A DNA stretch of 63,747 nucleotides, counting the filler, from Welwitschia mirabilis (taxonomy: Eukaryota), in assembly GCA_051453625.1 (NCBI GenBank). It is 5 parts of one record of this genome, joined end to end, with 100 filler letters (N's around TTAATTAATTAA, not from the genome) between each part and the next. Parts side by side here need not be neighbours in the genome. Positions count along the whole stretch, not along the records: positions 1 to 30,708 come from JBOZIK010000001.1; 4 more parts are not named here. One strand, given 5' to 3'. The first letter of the stretch is position 1. The number at the start of each line of letters is the position of its first letter. Shown here piece by piece: positions 1 through 11,585 of the stretch. The notes under the pieces were generated by a model. That model did no database searches, had not been told where the DNA came from, and worked only from the letters and a program-made list of their open reading frames with translations. The position numbers and the translations under genes were made by a program.

Positions 1-2183
1 TGATTGTTTTTAAAAATGACTTCTCTACCATTTATGCTCTTTAACCTTTGAAAACTTGATTTATCTCCTGTCATATGCATTAAACAGTTACTATCTAGAA
101 ACTAAATTTTCATATGATATTCTCTAAAATTTATATATGACACAAAGATTTAGAGATTATTAACTTTAACCCACTTAGTCTTATTTACTTAGGTGGTATA
201 TTCTTCTTTAGGATAAATTTAAATGATAAAGCATTGACATGATCAGAGGTAAATATCATATATCAAAATTTGTAAAATAATTTAGAATGATCAAGTCTAC
301 CACAAAAATTGCATAAGATATTGGACACAAATGTACTTGTTTGGTTTACCTATTTTTAATAAATTTGTTCTTTAAAAGTGATAGCTAATTTGTCTCCATT
401 TTTCTTTCATATTCCAAGTATCTATTCTAATTTAGATGAATTACCAAAAAACTTATTTACAAATAATAAAACATCATTTACTTGATTATTTAACCTGAAG
501 TTATTGACTTTGAATACTCTGCACTTTCTTCTTCTTCCTTCTTTTCTTTTATGATGGTTTTTACTAAATTGTTCAATTCATTGATTCTTCTGGCAAGCTT
601 CTCACATTCTTTATATAACTCTTGACATATTTCTTCTAACTCATCTTCCTCCTCATCAATCATATCCAAGTCATTTGATGTTGAAATACTCGACACATTC
701 TTAAGAGATGAAACTAGGGCCATGAAAGATAATGTTCNNNNNNNNNNNNNNNNNNNNNNNNNNNNNNNNNNNNNNNNNNNNNNNNNNNNNNNNNNNNNNN
801 NNNNNNNNNNNNNNNNNNNNNNNNNNNNNNNNNNNNNNNNNNNNNNNNNNNNNNNNNNNNNNNNNNNNNNNNNNNNNNNNNNNNNNNNNNNNNNNNNNNN
901 NNNNNNNNNNNNNNNNNNNNNNNNNNNNNNNNNNNNNNNNNNNNNNNNNNNNNNNNNNNNNNNNNNNNNNNNNNNNNNNNNNNNNNNNNNNNNNNNNNNN
1001 NNNNNNNNNNNNNNNNNNNNNNNNNNNNNNNNNNNNNNNNNNNNNNNNNNNNNNNNNNNNNNNNNNNNNNNNNNNNNNNNNNNNNNNNNNNNNNNNNNNN
1101 NNNNNNNNNNNNNNNNNNNNNNNNNNNNNNNNNNNNNNNNNNNNNNNNNNNNNNNNNNTTCTTTCTCTATCTGATCATTATCTAAGTAGTTTTCTTCTTT
1201 TTCATCATCTTTATTACCCCAAGTTGTCATCAATGAGGTGTTATTAGATTTCCTACTTTCTCTTTTGGAGTTGGGGTATTCGTTGACCATATGTCCAAAT
1301 CCTTTGCATGAATAGCACTAGATTTTCTTTTTCTTGTTCTGTTCTCTTCTTTGTTTTGAATTGCTTTTCTTTGGATTCTTCTTAGTTCTCCTTCCTTTTT
1401 CCTATAGAGAAATCTTTTAAAATATCTAGCTAGAAGAGCTATCTCATCATTATTAAGTTCTTCGTCTAATCTATTAGGTCTGTAATCCTCCTACACATAT
1501 TTTAAAGCAATACGTTTTCTTCTATCTTTAGTAAATTTAAGTTCATAGGTTTGAAGATTATCTTGAAGTTTTTCCAATGCCATTGCACTGATATTTTTAC
1601 TTTCTTCGATGGTTGTTATCTTCACTTCAAATATCTTGGGTAAGAATCTCAACACTTTTCTTACCACTTTGCTTTCTTCCATATGTTCTTTGAGGCTTGC
1701 CATTGAGTTTACTATATCTGTAAGTCTAGCAAAAAATTTCTACAAGGTTTCTTCATCATACATATGAATGTCTTCAAATTTAGAAATAAGAATTTGTAGC
1801 TTTGCTTGTTTAATAGTGAATGTTCCTTCATGTACAACTTCCAAAATATCCCAAGCTTCTTTTACATGGTTATAGTTCATAATTCTTTTAAATTCATTTG
1901 CACATAATGCATAAAAAATAGCGTTAAGAGCACGGGCATCTATTGTGACTTTGGTTTTATCTATAGGAGTCCATTAATCTCTAGATTTGGAAATCAAGAT
2001 AGTATTTCCATTTGCATATACCTGGGCTATCATAGGCATTGTATAACATTTGTAAATAACCCCTTCTATATCAGCATCTAGGAATCTAAGAAAAATCTTC
2101 ATCCTGGCTTTCTAATAGAAATAGTTTGAATCATCAAACATGGGTGGACTAACAGTTAAAAATCCATTAGTTGGGTTATTCAT
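1..2183 (-). pseudogene. Ty1/copia (SIRE-like) gag-protease, disrupted; runs off the left window edge
   Basis: Minus-strand ATG at 2183 gives MNNPTNGFLTVSPPMFDDSNYFY*KARMKIFL (copia gag N-terminus). ORF 1491-1703 is UBN2/gag-like (KVVRKVLRFLPKIFEVKITTIEESKN). Zinc knuckles CYSCKGFGHMVNEYP (~1275-1320) and CNFCGRLDH (~288-313). Protease motif *FLDSNCLMHMTGDKS at ~57-105, matching WxLDSGCSRHMTGD. Several in-frame stops. Confidence 0.9.
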
Positions 2184-2235
2184 TTTTCTGGTTCTTAAGT
2201 CTAGATCTGTAAAAATCTCTTAAAGACTAAAGTAC

Positions 2236-2247
2236 ACTCTGATACTA
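2236..2247 (-). promoter_or_regulatory. Primer-binding site (initiator tRNA-Met) of the copia element
   Basis: Minus strand reads TAGTATCAGAGT, two transitions from TGGTATCAGAGC, 2 nt from the LTR end and just upstream of gag. Confidence 0.85.
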
Positions 2248-2519
2248 AATGATAGGATTGAGAACCCTAAAGGGGAGGTGAATAAGTTCTTTTTAAAAAC
2301 TTTAAGCTCAAAATAGCTTAATTAAATCTAATTATAGATTGCATATAACCAAATAATAAAATTAAAATCATGCATACAATGAATAAAAAATAGAGTGTAA
2401 ACCATAAAACAAAAACTACTAATTTGGATGTACATAAGATTTATAATGGTCCAAAAACTTTCCTACTTCACTCTTAATGATCAGCTTCTCCCAATCTTGA
2501 TCTTAAATCTCTATTACTT

Positions 2520-2658
2520 CATAGGTTTTTCTAGGCTTACTTGTTAACCCTTACAAATAGACTTGTATAGGCTAAGCCTCAACCTTAACAATAGACTTTT
2601 GTAGGTTAAGTCTCAACCTTTGACAATAGACTTTTATAGGCTAAGTCTCAACCTTTGA
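2520..2658. repeat. ~35-bp tandem repeat, about 4 copies, inside the copia LTR
   Basis: AATAGACTTTTRTAGGYTAAGTCTCAACCTT recurs at 2556, 2590 and 2625, with a degenerate copy at ~2520. Confidence 0.85.
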
Positions 2659-3087
2659 AGATAAATAGAAGTGATGTAATAAAGTCTTTGTAGATCTGAT
2701 GTTACTTGTTTAGTATCAATACACAGAATGGAGCTCTTCTCTAAATGAATACAGTGATGAAGTCCATAGATTTGATTCTAGGTGATGTCCTATTCAAAAA
2801 TAGATCTCCTCAATCAGATACGAACCAGTACAAAAGATGTTCTAATGAAATATGCTACTTGATCTTTCACATCCACAATGAATATGCCAGTTTTGAAATG
2901 TGCTAAAAGATCTCTAGGTCATTTCCTACTTAATTATATGTAATGAAGGGTTATTAGGGTTTGATAAAATTAAATAGTACCTCCAATGGCTATAAACGGC
3001 TATAAAATGTCTAGGTAACAGCTAGGTAATGGATACATAACATCTACAAGATTTACTTTTCTATATCATTCTGTTGACCTCACAAAT

Positions 3088-3412
3088 ATATGGTCGACCC
3101 CATAAGAACTCGGATAACTCCATCTTTGGTTTGGTCGACCCCTTATCTCTTGTTCTAGAACTATGGACTTATCAGTTCCTCAGGTTCGGTCGACTCCATG
3201 AAACTCCAAAAAATCCATTTTCTTTCGATCTAGGACTTAACTGTTGCTCCTAAAATTCGGTTGATCCCATGAATATCCAGTTGATCCCATTCCTCTTGAT
3301 CTAGGATTATTGGTTCTTAAGATCATAGATCCAGTCAACCCCTTCATAATCCAATTGACCCCTCTAGATTTAGTTCATTTCTACTATGTCTACTTTAGGT
3401 GTGGTCAATCCC
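3088..3412. repeat. Cluster of ~8 degenerate palindromic GGTCGACC motifs (Sirevirus-type LTR repeat motifs)
   Basis: tggtcgacccc (~3090, ~3132), cggtcgactcc (~3187), cggttgatccc (~3258), cagttgatccc (~3278), cagtcaacccc (~3332), caattgacccc (~3352), tggtcaatccc (~3402). Confidence 0.75.
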
Positions 3413-3589
3413 TCTAGGATCCGACCAATTCCCATTGGAGGTAAACATAATTAAGCAGTTTATTTCATGCATTTGATTCACATCTTTCACCTGCATAACT
3501 CAAACTAATCTGCACATAATATCTAACAAATTTGCATTACACTAAAGGAATTAGTTGGACATTGATTAGCAAATATTATCTAATAGATT

Positions 3590-3790
3590 TCACCTAATGC
3601 CATATGACAATCTCTACCAAACATTATATGAGAACCATTACCAAATGATAAATAACAAGGATTCTAGCTAATGCTAGAGGATATAATCTTATCTATCTAA
3701 CACTACAAGACAAAATCTACCAAATGCTATGAGATAGAATCTTATCTACCTAGTGCTAAATGATGAAGATTCTACCTAACAATACAAGTT
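3590..3790. repeat. Degenerate 24-29-bp tandem repeat, about 8 copies
   Basis: Units of the form ACCWARYRCTA...AATCT(TATCT) repeat head to tail, e.g. accaaatgctatgagatagaatcttatct and acctagtgctaaatgatgaagattct. Confidence 0.6.
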
Positions 3791-4559
3791 CAAGAGCTTG
3801 TAACCATTTCTCAGCTCCATATATTTCTATAGAAAGGCTTTAAACCTTTTATTACACTCATTTTTTAGCTTGGAAGGATTTGAGACTTTAAAGCATCAAT
3901 TTGTGATGTATTTCTAGGTGAATCTTTATAGGAGTGAGCTAGTCTTCGAGGATTATTTAAAGAGTTCTTCTTGATTTCTTCTTTCTTTACTATAATGTTG
4001 TTCTTTATATAATGTAAAATTGTTTTTCCTTGATCTTGATTTAAGAATAATATCATAATTGAAATTCTTTGATAACTTCTTCAACTATTAAGTCTATTTT
4101 AGTTGTGTGAATTCCTCTTTATAACTTAGCCTTTTAATTTCATAGATCTTGAGTACTTTATAACTCCTTACATTTTATTATTATTTAATACTAATGTATT
4201 AGTTGGATTGATCATTTATCATTTGTAGATGAGATTATGCTCCATGAATTGCACTAAAAGCACCTGGTGCATTTTATTATTTTAGAGAAATATAGTTAGA
4301 TAAATTTGGACTAAAGGATTACATAGGATGAAACAATGATATCTTAGAGCTACTTTGTTTTCCTCCTCTCTAAGACGAAGTTTAAAACTCTAAAAATCAT
4401 TTCATCTCTTCTTCTTTTCTTCTTCCTTTTTATAACTTGCATTAAGATTAAAGATAGTGCAATTATAGCCAATACAAAATTTTATTCTTAAGGAATAATA
4501 ATAACTAAGTTTATAACTTAGTTTTAAATTTGAAACATTATATTATAAGTTAATCATCC

Positions 4560-5940
4560 TTCTCAATGATGTGGTTCTTCCTTATGGATCTAATAAACTA
4601 TTACATTCTCAAAACTACTAATATTAATTTGGCATCCATTTTGGAATGTATGCTTAACAGTGTCATGTTTCCTATGGATTTGATAAACTGTTATTCTCTT
4701 GTGATTGCTAATATTAGTTTGAAATCAATTTTTTGATGTGTACTTAATATAGTAATTCCTTCTTATGGATCTCATAAAGTATTATATTTCCATGGCTCCT
4801 ATATCGATTTGGCATTGATTTTAAGTTTTTTATTCAATAGTGTGATGTTTCCTTATGGATATGATTAATTTCTATGGTCTAACAACTATTAATATTAATC
4901 TAGCATTGATTTTTTGATGACTTCTTAATAGTGTAATGCCTCCTTATGAATTGAATAATGTGTTATTCTTTCACAATTGCTAATATTAGTCTAGCATTGA
5001 TTTTTGGATGCTTACTCAATAATGATACCACCTTATGGATCTAATGAACTATTATGGTCCCATAATTGTTAATATTATTTTGGAATTTATTTTGAGGTTC
5101 ATTTTCAATAGTGTAGTGCTTCCTTATGAATCTAATAAAATATTAGACTCTTGTGACTATATTGTTGGTCCAGCATTAATCTGGAATGTCTACTTGATAG
5201 CGTGGCATTTTCTTATAGATCTAATAAAGTATTATGCTTCCATGACTACTGGTATGGGTTTGGCATTGATTTTAGGATTATTTATTAATAGCATGACATT
5301 TCTTTATGAATTTAACAAATTGTTATGCTCCTATGACTACTGATATTAGTTTGGCATTGATCACTTAACAGTGTGATGTATTCTTATGGATCTAATAAAC
5401 TATTATGTTTCCATAATTGCTAATGTTAATATTGCATTAATTTTTAATGCCTTATTAACTATATGATGTTCCCTTATGGATTTGATAAAGTGTTATGCTC
5501 TTATAACTACTAATATTAGCTTGGAATTGATTTTAAGATGCTTGCTTAACAATTTGGTGTTCCCTTATGGATCTAATAAATTATTTCACTTCTATAACTA
5601 CTAATATCAATCTAGCATTAATTTTGGAATTCTTTCACAATAATTTGTTATCCCATTATGAAATTTGCAAGGTTTTATGCTTCCATAACTACTAATATCA
5701 ATTTGGATTTGATTTTTTGATGGTTTCTTAATAGTATTATGTTTCCTTATGAATTTGATGAATTATTATGTTATTATGGCTATTAATGATAGTTTAGCAT
5801 TAATTTTTAAATTTCTACCTAATATTGTAACATTTTCTTATGGATTTGATAAAGTCTTATGCTCTTAAAATTAATTATGTTAAAATAACATCATCTTTAT
5901 GCTATATTATTAATAGTATAACACTCCCTCATGGATTTGA
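4560..5940. repeat. 90-bp tandem array, about 15-16 diverged copies
   Basis: Anchor CCTTATGGAT recurs near 4581, 4671, 4761, 4851, 4941, 5031, 5121, 5211, 5301, 5381, 5471, 5562, 5652, 5745, 5836 and 5928. Confidence 0.92.
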
Positions 5941-6400
5941 TTCATCTTTTCACTTTGTAGGTAGATTAAGGTGTTACTACTTAATACTATGATGAATCAA
6001 AATTACCTAGCTAATATTGTAATGCTTCCTTACAAGTCTAGTTTATCTTTTTATTTTACAAGCTACTTAGATCATTACTGCTTAACCTTACGATGAAATT
6101 GGGTTGCCCAGTTATTAGTGTAGTATTTCCTTATAACTTTAGTTCATCTTTTCACTTCATAAGATGTTTAGATCATTTCTACTTAATTCCATGATGAATN
6201 NNNNNNNNNNNNNNNNNNNNNNNNNNNNNNNNNNNNNNNNNNNNNNNNNNNNNNNNNNNNNNNNNNNNNNAGATTACTACTACTTAATTCAATGATGAAT
6301 TTGAACTACCTAGCTAGTAATGTAACATTTATAAGTTTGCTTTACTTTTTACTTTATAGACCATTTACTCTAGTTCATCTTTTTGACTTGTAGTGAATTC
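5910..6400. repeat. ~101-bp tandem array related to the 90-bp array, interrupted by a gap
   Basis: TTCATCTTTT...TACTACTTAAT...GATGAA recurs at ~5941, ~6042 and ~6143, and again after the gap. Shares the TAGTGTAATGCTTCCTTA segment with the 90-bp unit. Confidence 0.8.
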
Positions 6401-6699
6401 ATAAATATTATTTTTTGCCTCCTTTATCTTCTCTACATTACTTTATTCCTCTTAGTTATGTTGTGAGTCTAACCAAATTCTAGTCAACTCTTCTATCACT
6501 AATACTTTTGATGTCATGTTCTTAAGTAAAACAAAATTCTTTTCTATCTTCATAAATAAAGGTTATAAATCCATTTTAACTTATATTTTTCACTTTTAAT
6601 CATACAAGTAGGACATAAGTGCTTTTCAATTTTTGTCTTTCTCTTTCAAAAATTATCTTTTACTTATCTTACATTCTTTTATACATCTATTCCTTTACT

Positions 6700-9100
6700 T
6701 TTCTTAGGTTATTTACTTTAACTCGTTTGATTTTTCTCTAATCTTATACCCTAGTTAATTTTTACACTATCCAAGGGTATAGATTTTAATATTTTCTTTC
6801 ATTAAATGACAAAATTATAATCTTACATTTGTGGCTGAGGAAGTATATAACTTATTGACTAGGCCTAAATTTGAATGGATACTTATCTTTAATATTTCAT
6901 ATCTTCTTTTATTTCCACATTTAATGTTTATTTGTATAAGGTCTTTTGAATCTTAAATTCTATCTATACTTCAAATGATTATGCTAGTCATACCTTCTAG
7001 CATCCCTAATACAATTCAATTTCTATAACACCTTAGGCTATAAAGAAAACTGTGGTCTTTCAAATGGAGTTCTTAAGATGGTTTAATTTTTTACTAATGA
7101 ATTATAAGAACTGATTTTTTTTCAAATTACCTATTTTTATTTAATTTATCATCAACTTCATCATTAGGATGACTATGATATTTTTTTTTTCAAATGTTAT
7201 TTTGATTTCTTTGTATGCTACTTTAAGAATCCTTACTATGGGTAGGAGCTTTCTTCACTCCCATTACTTACAACTATGCACATATGTCATTTCTCTTTTA
7301 TCTGTATCCTGTGATTGTAAAGTTTTCTAGATTGGATTTATAACATTTTCTTTGAAGTAATTTTGTAATTAACTAATATAAAGAAAACCTCAAATTCTAG
7401 TTATTTAACTTTTGAAAACATTCTTCTATCTCTCTATTTTTCTTTTATAGTAGTAATTACTTTGAGAACATTAAATAAATTAATCTCCCTTATTACATCA
7501 TAATGTCCTTAGTGTTTCTTTATAGGATTAATTATTGTGGATTTAAACTTTCTTATAATCCTTATTATTCTTTAGTAAGTGGAGTGTATTTTGATTAAGT
7601 CACTAGTTCTCTTGCCTTTTATAAAATTTGTTATTATTGCTTAATTATTATTATTTTCTTTTCATGACTCTACAAATGCAAATACACAGGAAGACATCCT
7701 TGAAAACTTCACATTTTAAAGTAAAAGATAACATCCTTCCATTACAAAATATTACTCCTACTTTGACTTTTCTTGATGTATAAGAGGAAGAGAAATGCTC
7801 TTCCATAATCATTCCTTTAAGTCTAAGCATTAAGAAAAGTTATTATTTTCTCAATGTTTTAGCTCTTTTATTGGCATTAATTATGAATGTCTCTATTTTA
7901 ATCTTAAAATTTATTATAGAAGGATACTTTTCTTCCTTATCCTAGTTCACTTTAAAAGAAGAAAAATATAAATATGGACAAATATAAAAGTATTTATTTT
8001 AAGATCAAGTTTTCATGCAAAATTGCTTTCTTTATCTAGATTACTACTTCTTCTTATATCTAGTTGAGAAGAGAATTTTTACAATGGATTGATTAATGTT
8101 ATTTCTTTATATAGGTTTCCATTTTTTTTTCTATCCTATCTTTAGATTTGAAAAACTCTTTCTTGCTAGTTACATTATAGACTTCTATTTTGTTCATGAC
8201 TCCATAACCTCCTCTTTTGGTAACCTTAGTGCTAGTTTCTTTAGCTTATTCTAATATTAGTAAGACTTATTTTGTAATTATTGTAGAATTTATTTCAAAT
8301 ATATAAGCTTTACTAGCCCATCTTGATCAATCTGAGTAGTTGAAAAGTCTTATTATTTAATAGGCTACCAATCACTCTCATCCTGATGATGTTTTCTATT
8401 TTACAAATGAAAAGAGGATTTTTACATTGCTTATTTTTTGAAATTTTTGGCATATCACTTAGTGGATTCCTAATGGAATCTTATCTACTAGAATTTGAAG
8501 CTCATTATCAACAACTTAAAGGTAGTACATTATATGCTATAATAAAACATCAATTAAAATACTCCGAGGTTTACCTTTAGATGTTGAATGTATGTTGGGA
8601 TACTATATAGTATTTTTTTTTGTTATGATTTAGGGATTTAATATTGTTTTTGATGGTTTTCCTTTCTTATAGTGCTTATTGTAGACAAAGTTAAACTCCA
8701 TGTGCTTAGAGAATTAGTCTATTTGAAGTAAGAAGGCTTAAATAGAGGTTTTCATCTCTACACTAATATAAAAGATCACTGGCATTACTTACTTAGGCCA
8801 AGCCTTTAATCATTTTATTAAAAGATTATTTGTTATGAAGGAGGACCTCTATAATTTTTATCATTATCACTATGTATCCAAAGAACACCTTGAAAATTCT
8901 CTAAAACATATTATTAATTTATTAAATCATTATTATAATAAGTCAGTCATCTTGGATTACTTACTATTTAATAATGAAGAAGGTGAAATTCTTTTAGCTA
9001 GGGCTCTTTATTCATAAGAGCATGGTCCCTAGTGATGTACTAGTTTGGTTGTCTTTTCTAATCTCAAGTCATCATGGTATTATTATTATTTCCTCATTAT
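6700..9100 (-). mobile_element. Highly decayed Ty3/gypsy (Tat/Ogre-like) pol remnant
   Basis: Fragmentary minus-strand motifs in gypsy order: YHDDL (9065-9079), FFGYIV (~8870), RLIK/WA (~8315-8330, RNase H end), TPFSLxYG-like (~7030-7070) and KFRPSQ*V (~6850-6870, integrase C-terminus). Joining them needs frameshifts, so support is moderate. Confidence 0.45.
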
Positions 9101-11230
9101 TTCCTACAGTTCTCTTCATTTCTTATTTGTGATAGTTATTGAACTTTAATAATATTCTTAGTTTTAAAAGAAATTTTTTTTGCACATTCATATGGATTGA
9201 TTTTGCCTAATACTGATTGTAAAATTTCTAATTTTCCTTATAAAAATTAAAATAAGAAAGAAAAATATTTTAATGGTAATTAAGAACATAATTTAATGAC
9301 ATTACAAAAGGCTAAAGAAAAAATAATCATTATTACATAAGTGAAAAAATATGATTGCTAAAGAGAAAATAGTACTTATACCTACTATATAATATTCTAA
9401 TAAGAGAATTAAATTCCATTATACAAAATGCAATATCTTAGTTAGATAGTTCAGCTAAGCCATACTACCTTGAAGGTCTAGTTTGTGCTACCATTAAGGA
9501 GCTAGGCCAATATGTCAAGTAGTCAGTATGCTTTATGAAAATAACATGCATGCCTTCACCTCCTAAAATATCTTATTTAGTCATNNNNNNNNNNNNNNNN
9601 NNNNNNNNNNNNNNNNNNNNNNNNNNNNNNNNNNNNNNNNNNNNNNNNNNNNNNNNNNNNNNNNNNNNNNNNNGATTAAAAATTACTATAATAGATGATG
9701 ATTTTAGAAATAATGTTTTAAAATAGTTACATTAGTACTTTAAATAAAATGAATAGTCTTTGATTTATCACTTAGTTTCTTTACCTATGCTATAGCTACA
9801 TAAGTCTTGGATAAATAATTATATCTTAATAATGATGCTTGAGCTATACTTGCTTTTGTTTGTCTTCATTACACATAACCATGGAGATTGTCATATAAGC
9901 ATGAAAGAATGCTTCAAGGATTAGCATAGCTTCATGTATGGATTTAGTTTCTTTAAGTACATTCTTAAAATATGATTTGATACATTTTGGATATTGTTAT
10001 TATTATTGAGGGAAAAAACGAAAATATTCCCTTTATTTAGATCTTCATTACTATAATTCTAAATATAATATGTTCTAGTAAGTTTATTTCTCCTTAATAT
10101 AATTATATAAAATAAATCTAATGATGATTAAAACTATTATGACTATCTAGATAATTCATTAAATATTTGTGTTAGCTAGAATTATATGCATTTATTTTTG
10201 TGATGTATTCACTAAACAAGGCTAAATCAAAATTATCCTAATAGTAATCATTCACATACTTGGATTTCCCCATCAAGGTAGATTTTATTGCTTTTTTTTT
10301 TTCATAAGACCTTTTGGAACTAAATTTTATCATTAATCCATATCCTAGCAATGTATGAATGTACTTTAATTTAATATCCTACAACCTTAACGTTAATGGA
10401 TTATGTTGTATCCTCCAGAGATATTTAAAGGAAGTGGGAGTTACTTCTAAATATGCATCCACCTCATGTACTACCTATCACTTGTATTAGGGTTATATCA
10501 AGGTAAAGTATAAGACTATGTCATTAAAAATAGTCATATTTGTATAGTTTAAAACTTAAAGTATAACCAAATATAACTAACATCTGGAGGATGGCTAGAT
10601 ATTGATTCAAAATTCCATTAATGAGAATTAGAGCCTCCTATTATATTGGTAAAGTATTATCCTTAAATGTATTCTTGTATGTTTTATAATAAGTTTACAT
10701 ATTCTTAACTATATATAAGACATCTTTCTATGTGTTAAAAAACTAGTGAAAAATGATGGAAAAAGACTTATAACATGGGTATTATTTATAAATGAAGATA
10801 ACCTAGAAATCAATTATAGGTAAATATATAATAATAATATGACTTATTTTTTTCAAAGTTAAAAAATGCTAATAAAGGAATAAGTAAAATTTAATCTTGA
10901 GTCTTACTATGTTTATTTGTTAATAATATTAAAGAATCAAGAAAGACAAAATAAAAGGGAAAAAAATAGTGTTTAATTAGGATAAGAAATGTTAGGGTGT
11001 CATACCTTTATAGTTATCTTGTTTCCCTCCTATTTAATTAAGTTTAACATATCTCAAATATTAATTTTTAATTTTTTTTTAAATTCTTATAAGTTAGTGA
11101 ATTTTGTATTATTTCTATTTAGTTTTCTACCATAGGATTTTGGTGTTATCTTCATAGCGTCCTTGCCTTGGTTAATGAAGGAAAAAAACCTCTGCAAAAA
11201 AAAAGATATTAATCTTTATCTTTTAGAATC

Positions 11231-11257
11231 CGAGCTAGAAGGGATTTGAACCCTTGA
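11231..11257 (-). tRNA. 3' part of an organelle-type tRNA gene (most like tRNA-Arg); the rest lies in the gap
   Basis: Minus strand TC-AAGGG-TTCAAAT-CCCTT-CTAGCTC-G: perfect 5-bp T stem, canonical T loop, 7-nt acceptor strand and discriminator. Anticodon not visible. Confidence 0.7.
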
Positions 11258-11530
11258 NNNNNNNNNNNNNNNNNNNNNNNNNNNNNNNNNNNNNNNNNNN
11301 NNNNNNNNNNNNNNNNNNNNNNNNNNNNNNNNNNNNNNNNNNNNNNNNNNNNNNNNNNNNNNNNNNNNNNNNNNNNNNNNNNNNNNNNNNNNNNNNNNNN
11401 NNNNNNNNNNNNNNNNNNNNNNNNNNNNNNNNNNNNNNNNNNNNNNNNNNNNNNNNNNNNNNNNNNNNNNNNNNNNNNNNNNNNNNNNNNNNNNNNNNNN
11501 NNNNNNNNNNNNNNNNNNNNNNNNNNNNNN

Positions 11531-11585
11531 TTCGTACCAATCGTTGCCTTTTTTTCTCCCTTTCAATGAGACTTTTCTTTGCCAT
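11531..11585 (-). pseudogene. rps14: Plastid-type 30S ribosomal protein S14, 5' fragment (probable nuclear plastid DNA insertion)
   Basis: ATG at 11585 gives MAKKSLIEREKKRQRLVR, close to plastid Rps14 MARKSLIQREKKRQKLEQ. It continues into an N gap, with a same-strand tRNA 3' end on the far side. Confidence 0.8.

Larger units (their letters stand above)
2250..3528 (-). mobile_element. 5' LTR of SIRE-like copia element
   Basis: Minus strand runs TGTTAG...TCA and abuts the PBS. Plus-strand AGGGGAGGTGAATA near 2271 resembles the conserved SIRE LTR-end motif. Contains repeated palindromic motifs. The right boundary rests only on the TG terminus. Confidence 0.75.

Noticed and set aside
4560-5940. 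CRISPR-like periodicity, and ORF 5035-5343 as a membrane protein
   Set aside because: Whole units are homologous (no unique spacers), there are no cas genes and the context is eukaryotic. The ORF is a chance read through AT-rich repeats.
11130-11220. Possible 5S rRNA remnant or small exon beside the tRNA fragment
   Set aside because: Only scattered short matches; neither the 5S fold nor a recognisable peptide can be supported.
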